A DNA stretch of 64,000 nt from Mizuhopecten yessoensis (Eukaryota). A program made the translations under genes and the position numbers. The stretch lies in assembly GCF_002113885.1 (NCBI RefSeq), contig NW_018406415.1:516746-580745 (forward strand). The letters are read 5' to 3'. The notes under the pieces were generated by a model. The model saw nothing but the letters and a program-made list of their open reading frames with translations, ran no database searches and was not told the DNA's origin. Shown in pieces: positions 11,701 through 23,700 of this stretch (the first letter of the stretch is position 1; the number at the start of each line of letters is the position of its first letter).

Positions 11701-14700
11701 TAATGTGAAACCCTGTGATATAGTACATTGGCATATAAACATGTAGAACATGCTAGACGATGCATCCCATTGTGAAACTTCAATGTATCAGAACCAGCAT
11801 TCTCATAACAAATACCCGCACAAGTCCAGGCTCCATACAATGTTGAACCGAGGCATGTTAATATTTGGTCAGTGTAACAGCAAATCTGAAAGTATTTCCT
11901 GGGAAATATCCAATATGTACAACAAGATCCACAGTAAAAGACAATTATATTACTTTTATACTTTATGTTTGATATATTATCACATAAATATGTAGACATT
12001 CAATAGAACAATTTAAGAGACTACCTTGTAAATTGGACTGCTCTTTTAACCCTTTCATCCCTATGTAACTTTAATAAACTCTTCCATGCATTGATCTGGA
12101 TAAGTCCATTATGGTCTAGTGGTGAAAGGGTTAAACCATTTTTATATTAGTTCTATTAATTGCCAGAATTCCAATCAACACACACAACCTTTAAGGCAAA
12201 GAAAAATTTGACTTTTGGAAATATCTAGAAAAATTTGCTGGGGACCTAAGCATACATAATTAATGTCCGAATGCAAACTTCAACCTGTATTCTGGTTATT
12301 ACATTTTTTTTCAATCTTTCACTCCCTTTTCAAATCCCCTTAACAATACTGGAAGTGTTCTGATGTGTTAAGAGTGGGCTCGGCAATTAATAAAAACAAT
12401 ACATTATGTAATTATAGTCTCATTTGAAGAAAAACTGGGAGACTTCAATTTTTCAGAAAGCCCTTTTGCCATAAAGCTGACAATAGTTCATTAAGGGCAT
12501 TCCAAAAAACACTTCAAATCAAAAGTTTTAAGTATTTCCTACAAAACAAAAAAGACACATTAACAACTTGTGAAAGCAATCACATTCATAAATTTGTAAA
12601 GCAATTTTTCATGATTAGGCATGTACAGGAAATTATCAAACATAAAAACAAGTACAATAATTTTCTCCCTCACCAAGAACGTCTCTTTAAATGGAAATGA
12701 TACTACAAGAACAATCAACAGTCAAGCACTACACAGAATGTAATGTTTATTTCATGACAACACCCTTTATAAAACTAAACTTACTTGTGTTTTCCGCCTT
12801 TTGGATTTTCCGAGATGATTTTACAGGTCACAATTTTACCAAAAGCTTCAAAAACACTGAAATCAAAGCAAAAATAATAATTTTATAAAGGAAAACCATA
12901 GTTATTGAGGAATTTTTCTAGTTAAACACACGTAAATGACCTGCGCTGTCAATAGGGCATTTAACAAAATTAAACCAAACTGAACCAATCTAGTTAAATA
13001 ACATTTTCTTGCAGTCGAATTAAGAAGTCCATGAACAAGAAACTCCCTTTCATATGCAGAGATATTTTGAGATTATTCTATATCATTGTAATCTGTATAA
13101 TGTATAAAAGTATTATATAGATATTATTTAATTACATATATATGGCTGATATAGATATTAAGTTTCTTTTAAAAATAGGTCGGTTGGCAAGATCTTGAAA
13201 AAAAACACCAATATCCCCGATAAATTGAACAGATGAAGAATGCAGATATTTTTTACAGTTGCTATCCTTTTTAACATAGAATTTTCCATTAAAAACCAGG
13301 CCAAAACAAAATAAGAAGCAGAAAGAAATGAAACATATGTTTTTACACATTGAATCTATCTTCATTGATGTCCTGTTACTGAAATAATACTTACCTTTTG
13401 ATATCTGTCTCTGTGAGATCTGTGTGGATGGAAGCTATGTAAATACGGTTATAATTTTTGGCCTCCTCTGCTAGCTGTTCAATAATAGGCTGAGCCTGTG
13501 GCATATTACTGGGTCGTCCAACCTGAAAAGAGAGTTCATGTCAGGACCCTTTGTGTGCAAGATAACTTTCTGAAGAAACAGGTCACAGGATCATTTAAAT
13601 TGAACTACCATTTTTTGAGAATACTTCTACATTACTTTAATTATAGACTTGAAATTATTTCACATTCACACATTAATTGTTTGTTAATCCTTTTTAATCA
13701 TAACTGATGTCAAAATTTGAAGGTACTGAAATTGATATTAATATTTCTTCTTCTGATACAGGAAACCTTTTAATCAAATTTATTATGAACGAGAAAGATT
13801 TAAATCAATTTGCTTTTAAATTATCTCAACACTTCAATAGGATGGTCACAGCATTTCATCGACGAGACTAAGATAACTTGAATTACATTCAATTCTCTCA
13901 AGCATAATAAAATTATTCAGAACAGAATTTTCTTTTTTCTTCAATTCAACATTATCGATTCATTAATATTTACAATTATAATCAACAGTTAACATTATCA
14001 AAAGAATCTCTGTGGCCTGTTTCTTCTTCACATAAACAATAGAAATCAACATATATATTGTCATGACGACTGATCACAACTATTCTTCTTTAACCTGGTT
14101 TTTAAAACACAACATCCATTTCTTCTGTGGCAACTTTCCATAATCTTATAGTCCAGTCCCACAGCAAGCGATACCTGTGGTATCCAGCCCAAGCCTATAT
14201 CGCTGCACCTGCTAATTATAGTATAAAAAGAAATTGAATGGCACCCCTTTCTCTCAGTGATGGCCATGTTTCCAAACAGCAGGGAGAAAAACTGTAGAAT
14301 TAGAGGCCAAGGTAACCCAACATATATTTTCTCCTCAAAACTATTTGAAAAAGTCCATCATTTTACAGTATGCACAGTCGAAATTACCTTACCTCCGGCG
14401 ATCCTGGCTAGATGTTGTACCCAAAACAGGTCTAATTGTGCACGAATCAATGCATTCATGTGAGAAAAAAACCAAAATAAGAAAATTGTTCTTACTGTAA
14501 TAAGAAGAGAAATAAGCTGAACTTACTACCTTGATATTCCTCCCTCCTATCATGACCCCATTCATCTGTTCCAGTGCCAGCTGCGCTGCCTCTGGAATCT
14601 CATACTCAATGAAGGCAAAGCCCTTGTGTTTGTTGGTGACCGGATCCCAGGACAGGTTTACGCTCTTGATGGGGCCAAAGGGGAGGAATGCCTGCTTGAT

Positions 14701-17700
14701 GGTGTCCTCCTTGATCTCAAAGTTAATACTGCCAACATAGATTCTATCAAAAATGGAAGAATTAGAAAGTAGGTTAAACAAATGTTGTTAATACAAATCT
14801 ATTGGGTTATGTTAGTGTGTAATATACCTGAAAAGCAATAAACAAGTTTGAACCAGAGGTTTCTGAATGTATAGATTCTAGGACTCGTCCTCATGTTGAA
14901 AGTACTCCATATTATTATGAAGTTATGAACAAAAAAACCTGTCATGAACTTGGAAGAAAATTCAAACATTAGAAATCAATTTTAAACTCTCTTTTAAATA
15001 AAGTTCTTCTTTCAAATGCATAACTTGAATTTGCTATCATTCTTTCATATCTAATGAACTATCTCTCATAAAGTTTCAGTATTTTCCGACAAAATGGAAC
15101 TGCATGTAACATCTTTAACTTATTATCCTTTGTGAAGTTATCATTAAAGAAAAGATCTATTTTTTTCTTGTAAGTAAAAATTGAAGTTTTGCATCAATTT
15201 CCAATCGAAGTTTCAACATTTTTTTGTAAAAAAAACCCGCAGTAAGAATGTACCAAACTGTTGGATTATTACCTGCACATCAACGCCAAGGCCTGTTGCC
15301 GCTGGACCGTGTTCTGGAAATTCTGCATTTGCTGTAAAATGAAATGTTTCACAAATAACTTTCAGCACAGTGTCATAAAAGTTGTAATCCTCATGTTCAA
15401 TGGTAGAATAATAGATCTGAAGGTTTGTAGTGCAATTATCATCTTTGAGGTGTTATTATGGTTCTGTCATATTTGCGGGGTTTTGTCGAAATGACATCTT
15501 TTATAAATGCCTCCTTGTGAAACTTATACTCAAAAATTTGTAGGTAATGAAAGCAAATTGTGAATTAATCAAATGATTCAAGAATAGTGTCAACATGTTA
15601 TGATATGTAGCTCTGAGTCAATTTATTTCTTTTTCTCTTCTGGAATTCCTCATCCAAGGTGGTTTGAAGATGGTTACCTAAACAGACATTGACACAAAGT
15701 TGACAGGAGAGTTAGAAAGGCTGAGCAATAGTTCACCTGCTGCTGATGGGCTATGGTCTGTTTCACCAAAACACTCTTTATGCTCTGTTCCATAGCATAC
15801 TTCTTTGCTCGTTGTATAAGCTCATTCTGGGAGGATGATAGCTTGGGTAATGTGAATGGTTTCTGATCCCTTTTGGCACCCGGTCCCTCCACAAGGGGTC
15901 CAATCTGGTCTGCCTGAGGGCACATCTCCATAGATTCTGAAAGAGTCAATACTTTTAGTAAGCATAGGTACATCGCAAGTTTTTGGGAAAACCTTGAATA
16001 AATTATCAGGAGAATGATTACAAACTTTGACAGGGAGTTTAATACATCCTAGTTTTAACCTTACTTTTGACTCACAAGGATAGGATATTACTCAAGAATA
16101 TATGAAGAGTGTGTTGCATATTTCACTGTTTATATCTAATTAGTTTGTGTCTTTTGGATATGCTCAAGCAGTAGTTGTTCCTATTTCAGCTGAAATGTAA
16201 TTATTGTATGCTTTGGAATAGATTTAGTCTTCCGGATAAATCCTTGCAGTGTGCATACATCCCATGTCGACCAAATGTTTCATCAGCGTAACTGAACATA
16301 TTTATATTGCTACAAGCAATTTTATGCCCCAAGATAAAGTGTTCATATGGAAGAATTCTTCCTAATAATGTATACCAGAACTGTCTGGGTTTATGAAAAT
16401 TTTAAGAAACAAAAAATTACAATGTCACTTCATTTGATCCCAATTGTTGCCTACATATAACAGTTACACACAAGTTTATAACCATCCAAAGCTTATTATT
16501 GAGGTTCGTACAAAGTCCAATAATTGATTACAATACCATTATTATTGACCAGAAGTTAAAGGGACTTTAAAATAGACTTTTCAGTGTAAACATTGAAAAC
16601 ATTTTTTTCAAAAAAATTCCAAACTTTTTTTCAACACAAACCTCCATCTTTAACTTTCAAAACAAATCTACATTTTTAACAACATATATAGATATCATGT
16701 TATTCTTATCTAATTGTAGTTGCCGAGTTAATGTCCACAGATTTTGTCTTAAAATCCCTTTAAAGATATATGAACATGTTTGACTTTCAACAGATAATGG
16801 ACTTGCACAATATCAAAACCAATATCCATACACAGTAAATGAAGTCAGGAAGAACCGTATCAACACAGATGTCATCTATGATAGGATATTGCATGTTTGT
16901 AACGATGTTTACCGCTAGCATCCCCATGATTGACTGAGAGCAGGAGCTCATGGCAACAAGCCCTCGACTAATATCAGACATTCGGTCGTCGCATGTACAT
17001 AAGCTAGGGTACCACAATTTTTGGCTCGATACTTTTTACATGAAAAACACAGAAAGAAACAGAAAGAAAACCATGGATGAGTGACAAGACTGTAACATCA
17101 TAAAACAGTTGTAATTAATTTGTAATTATTGACGACTGGCTCCGGTCTCTTCCTTGCAGCAAGCAACTGTGAACTTACCAAAGTAAAGACTATCTTATTT
17201 TGCCATCGAGTATGTACCATATTGAAGGTCATCTTGAGGACATGGGAACAGTATCCAGAAGCTTGTACTGGTATTTTATATTATAGCAAAGGGAATGTTT
17301 AAATTTTACCCTTCAAAGAATCGCCTTAAGATCAGTATGTACATTACCCAGTAAGAATATAAGATGATCATTAAAATTGGTAAGTTCACAGCAATGTAAC
17401 AAACCTGGAACGTAAATTATTATATTTAATGTCTCACTCGAATAGCACAAGTCTAACATCTCTCCAATCTCATGGTTCAAAGTTTTTTTTCAACAGCTGA
17501 TTAATAGAATCATCCCCTACCTGGAGGGTGTGACAAAAAAATCTCCAACCCGATGGGTGTTGTTTTTTGATTGTCTATCCTGAGGGTTAGACAACCAAAA
17601 CAATCACCCCGAGGGTTGGAGATTTCTCTGTTTCACCCTCAAGGTAGGGTGTGATAATTTTCCTCCCATCCTATTATTTCAGTCACAGCTCCAACGACAG

Positions 17701-20700
17701 TAGTCTGCCATGTTTGTAAAAAAACAAAAACATGTGGGATATGCATATCGTCATTCACTTTTGATGACATCACAATTACTGATGACGTATTTTAATGACG
17801 TCACAATTGAACATGTGCTTATAGGCACGAGGCTATCTCCCCCTAGGGGGCGACAAGCTGATCTTTCCCGGCTAAAACGGGAGACACGCCTGTGAAGGGT
17901 GGGAGAATACTTAATCCACGTTTCAACGATGTAAAAAATCAATCAATGAAGAAAAGTGGTTTTTTGTATGTGAATACTTATATATAACTAGTTGTTTGCT
18001 TGAACATATCTGATTTAAGGTAGCCATTGCATATTAAATAAGGATTTGTTTCTTCTTTCATTGATTCAAAACTTGGTTTTTTTAAATGTATTAATATTCC
18101 TGAACATAACTTCAATGATCTAATATTGCTTTTCATACTCTGTAACAGTATCACTATTTCTTCAATCTTTAATACTGCTTATCAATACAATGACCGAGAT
18201 TATTTACTGTACAACATGAAATAATCGTGTGTATTTTTCATCCACCGTTTGGGGCCATTTAAATCCTTTCGTGGTACAAACTTTCATAGATACCACGGTA
18301 CCTCTTATGGACAAACAATAGTCCAGCATATCAATTACATTTTTTGTATATTTTTTTTGTGGTTACAAAGCAACCACGAAAACCACAAGAGTTTATACAC
18401 AATAAACATTTCATGTCATACAGAAGCATTTTGAAGCGAAAAGAAGCTTTTCACAGAAAAATAATGTGCATAATTAGCGGTCAGCTGAGAACAAAAATAC
18501 AAAATGGAGACCATCTGATTAATCCAAAGAAATCAATTATTATCAAACAAATCAGTTACATGTTTTTTTCACGCTTTTGCAAAATGCTTCCTACGTTTTG
18601 AAAAATAAATCTTCCTACTTTTGAGCATTTCATTGAAAGTGGAAACTGTCCTGAATTCTTTGAGACCAACAAAATTACTTTAAATCAGTCATTGTATTGA
18701 AGGAATTCTGATAAAAGTGAAGCAAACACAATGGAGGACCCTCAAATTTAGAAAAAAAGTATTCCAGACACCTTACGAAACAGCTATCACTAACTATGTG
18801 ACTAGTTCTTCTGTCTATTTTATACTACCCAACATGTGCCAACACCAAAACATTTCCATTGCCAGGCACACATTCTCCGAAATATTTTGACCATAATTCA
18901 GAAACAAGATTTCACATCTCAATTTCATCAGAACATGGAGTAATTTTCGAAAGCATTCAGTTTCAATACAAAAGGATAAATCAATCCCTTATTTTTGGAC
19001 ACTACCAGTTAAGGTGATAATGTTGCATATGACAAATAACCAGTCATCCAAGTTAATGCATATGTATGTATGTATACAAAAAGAAAGTTGGGAGCACAAT
19101 ATTGCATTAGTTTATACCAGATATCATGTTTCAGACACTTTGTAAACATTAAAATTTGAACATACATTGTCAACAAAACTTAGAACATGCATATTTATCA
19201 TTGTTTCTGTTGACTAAATCATTTGATCAGTCACATGGAATTTGTTCGACCAATCAAAAGTGTCTTCCGTAACTTCTGTCACCAGTCTTCCTGGAATGGA
19301 AATCAGACCATTTTTTTAACACCAATAACACGGTAGTAGCATTAAGGAGGACAGGAATAAAAGGCAGGGCATTTGTATAGCCACGGTTGGTTATAGACTG
19401 TTTACCAAATACTCAAAAACATTTTACTTAATCTTTTTTTTTTTAAATGAGGAAAATTTACAAATCATTATAGACTGTTTACAGAGTTTAATATAAAATA
19501 GCAATGGTCGACAGGATTTGGTTGAAAAAAAAAATAAAAAATAACACAGAGGCATGCACAAAAATAAGGGATATAACATACGGTATGCATTATTCTAACA
19601 GACTATGAAAAAAACGAAAGTAGAATTTGTCAAATATTTTTTTCAAGCAAGCTTCATTTTTTGAAAGCTTTTCCAGAAAATTTTCTTCCATGAAAAGTTC
19701 ATTGTTTTATTATTAGACAGAAACAAAAAATAATGAGAAAATAATTTTGATTTAGAAGTGTACAATCTCGGAGCATGATAAGTGTGGAGGATGATTCTGC
19801 ACCAGCTCTGTATTATGGACCTTTAGCAGACAGTCGCTTGCTTTGTGGTTTGTCGGTGACTGAAAATACATAGAGGAAAAAACACCTTCCGTGATTATCG
19901 GGCGTGGTAGTTTGCACATAAACAACACTACACAATTGTTATGACTGAGTTGAATCTGATTATCTATTACAAAGATCTTATTTCCAATTTGGCTCCAAAA
20001 CTTTTCTATTTTTTAAACTTCAATACAAACACAGCCTCCTTAAACAGTGACATCAAATGTTTTTTTCATTATTTCACAACCTAAACAGCAAATAATGCAA
20101 ACAAATATATATTGACTAATTCACAGTTCTTATACTTGATTACAAAATTATCTCGAGTGATTTTCTGAAATCTTTAAACATCAAAGTGAGCAAGGAAACA
20201 TATTATGTCCCATATTTCAAGGGTGATTTTGATACAGTAGAAGATCTAATTTTCAATTCCAATAAACATTCATTTTTGCTGGTTAAGTTCCATGCAACAT
20301 CAACAGGAGCTGCTGGGTTGAAAACCCTGTCACATTGAGGTGCGGTCCTGTCACCTGTGTACTGATAAACTAATGATTTATTTCCAACTCAGTAAGTATG
20401 ACTGCTGAAAAGATACAAAAGAGGCAGAGAAAATAATGAGTATGTACTGCATCATGTTTTATTTTCACATCTTCTCATTTACAACATGGATGAGATCGAA
20501 CACAAAAAAATCACACTCACAAAAGTAATACTTCATTCTTCTCAAGTGTAAAGAATACAATACAGACTTGTTTTTAGAAAACTGCTGCAACACTGTTTCC
20601 CTCAGGAACGACTTGCAAACAAACTTTTATATAGATCAGTGTTTTCCTCTATGTACTTTGGGAAATTTCAGCTGTCAGATTTCCGGAGAAAGTTATGGCA

Positions 20701-23700
20701 AAATCACAATTTTTGGTATCCATTCAAAGTTTAGAGTTCCACTATTTTAAAAATTGTTTTTAAGAGAAAGAAGATAATATTTTTTTCACCAGGTGATTAT
20801 ATTTTATCAAAAAACATACTTGTGATTGGATTTTTTTTTTGGTATTTTGGAATTCTTTAGCTTGCTTTGCATTAAAACAAGGCTTAAACACAATTTCTGA
20901 TTGGTCATTTTGCACCTTAACCAATTATACATACAAGAAAAACATTGAGGATAAAGGCAAAGTTTTTGTTCATATAAAAATTATGTGTTTTTCGGAACTG
21001 ATATTTCCCCATGATTTTGTATAAATATTTTAAATTATAAAGTCTGTTAACTGCAAAATTTAAACAAAAATACACCAAAATCTAAATTTCACTAATTCAA
21101 GCAAATTTATTCATTCCAATTGAAATCCAATCAGTCGTGTTATCTCTGACACTATGTACAGGAAATTTGCTTAGAATCAGTCCTATATAAAATCAATATA
21201 AATATTTTTCAATTTATAAAAGGCTAGAGCTGCATTGCATATCTCACTTTCTTCAATGGCATCTCACTAATTTCATTATTACATCTTATGACGGCGAAAT
21301 ACAGAAAGCTATTATGATACAAGTCATACCTTTCTAGTTTCTATACAAACAGATATAATATCATATTTTCACTAGTGAATGAGTAGAATGTGACATTATA
21401 ATATATGTAATGTGACTGGAAAGTCCAATCACAACATTTTGTTTGATGGCAAGATTCAGGAAATGCAATGAGCAGAGACTTCAATTTTTCTCAGGTTTTA
21501 AACAAAAAGAAAAAAATCATGATATTTTCAACTCTTCTTTGCATTATCGAAAAAAATATATAATGATCATATTCTCGGAAAAACTAGAAATACCATTTCT
21601 AAATATTCAGTCCTTAAACAAATCATTATCTTGCATCTATTTCTAAGAAATCATGAATCCACCATACTGCTCAATCTTCCAATCACCTTCCAAAAACATT
21701 GGGACATCTGATGATTACCAAGCAATGTAAAAACATATATTTATGATTAGTGTACATAATAATGTCATTCACTAGTTACGTGTTGGAGGTGTAAATATCA
21801 CAATATTGTACAAAACATTGATTGTTGTTTTAGAAGTATGCTCTGCAAGAGTGACTGTTATTAACATAACTTCAAAACTGTCTTTTATATTGTCTATCTC
21901 TTCAGTCAAACAGGATTTCTTAACATTTATCGTAATAAAAATCAATACAATATTCAAAATTGAATATAAGTATTCACCTGATTCGCAACTGTATCTATAT
22001 AAAACTGAGGTCACAGCTTTTAATGATGTCAAAGTTGTCTTTCCCCCCCAATTTTGTGCAAGAACAAGAAGATCTAAGGAATTATATGTTCCATAATAAT
22101 GTCAAAAAAACCGTGGTTCTGACCACTATTGCTAACATGCAAATCCTGCATCAACATAAACAAGAAAATTGTTCAAGGAACTAATCTTCTTTTTTATGTA
22201 ACAGGGAAGGGTAAAATATTGTGACCTACCATCGTCTAACTTCATCTTCCTGAATGCAAAAGGATCCGTCTGAAAATAAAACAGAAATGAAATTATATTT
22301 TTTTCAAGAAATAACGATTTGACTTTGTTTACAAATGCTTCCCTCATAATCAAGTAGTATTTACAAAAATGTTGCTAGTTTATATAAAATAATAAATGTT
22401 AAAAACTTTTTATTTAGATTTATATTTATTTGAAGGTCATATTCAATGATAATTACCTCTTGTTTAACTCCATTCTCCGTTGGCCACGCAGGTGCATCTG
22501 CATCCTGAAGAATGAAAACATAATATGACAATCATGTAACAAAACAGCACATTCCATTGAATAAATCATACCTTTTTTCACCCAATGAAAATGAATTGTA
22601 CAAAACCTGTACTTTATCCTAAGGCCAAAAAAAAAATATATAGTCTGTTTCAGGTTGCACGGGCAAAAAAAGGCTAGGGTAGGTAGTCAGGTCAGATTTT
22701 GTGTGTGTTTTTTTTGTGTTTATTTTTGGTCATGTGATTATGAACCTACTATTGTATGTAAAACAAAGGATTACATAAAGAAGGTTCATTTGGAGTCAAA
22801 TTGTGCTCCATATGATGTCATTTAGCGCCAACACGGAGCTGGAAGCCATTTTGAAAGGCAAGGAACCTTCTAAAATTCGAAAATCAGCGGGGTTTTTTTC
22901 ATCAAAAGTTTTGAGTTGGGGGGTAAAAAGCTAGGGTCGGTTGGGAACCTTTCGGTCGGGAACCCGAAACAGACACCTATTTTTGGGGCCTGATGTTTTG
23001 TTAGTAATTAGCATTGTGTGAAACCATCTTTGAAATAAAGAGAAGTTCTAAAGATCAAGAGTTCAAATAAAAAATGTCTCTGCCAATCAGCGTTCATCTT
23101 GGATTTTCGATGTTTTGCAAGTTTCAAATAGTTAATTTACGTGACCCTGCATGAAATATATGGGACATCATAATAAACTGAAAGGAACATTTGTACTAAG
23201 TCTAAAATCTATCAGCTCAGTGGTTCTGAAGCAGAAGCCTTAAGTGTAAATTTCAAACAAGACTGATTGCAATAGCTCAAATTACAACCTGTTGTATTCG
23301 AAACGGGCAGTGGCATATATATAAAATGTATTTCATTTTCTAAAATAAATGTATTTGCATTTAGAGAACTAAAACAATAGGAACAAGTACTAATTGTAAT
23401 GGGGGACCATTGCAGAAGTCCCCCCCAACTGTCCCCATAGTCGCAAAGATACATCAGAAAAGGATCACAATGGCATAAAACCCTTCATACTAAATTTGAG
23501 TGAAATCGAACAATATCTGTGCAGTTGAATTTGCAGTCCCCTTATACCCCTATATACTAATTTTCATAAAAATCAAACAATATCTAAATTTCGACCAATC
23601 ACAAGCCTCCGTGTGGTTGCTATGAGGTTGCTATGGCAACGAAACATATGCGGTTGAATTTGCAGTCCCCTAATTACCCCATAGTCGCAAAGATGCATCA

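Noticed and set aside
12674-12702. Possible 29-nt PUF60 cassette exon (ttcttgtag|...|gtgagg)
   Set aside because: The splice signals are plausible but there is no independent support; it is weaker than the reported candidates.
23627-23640. Near-perfect RFX X-box GTTGCTATGGCAAC
   Set aside because: It is part of a satellite or transposon monomer in an intron, not near a ciliary promoter.
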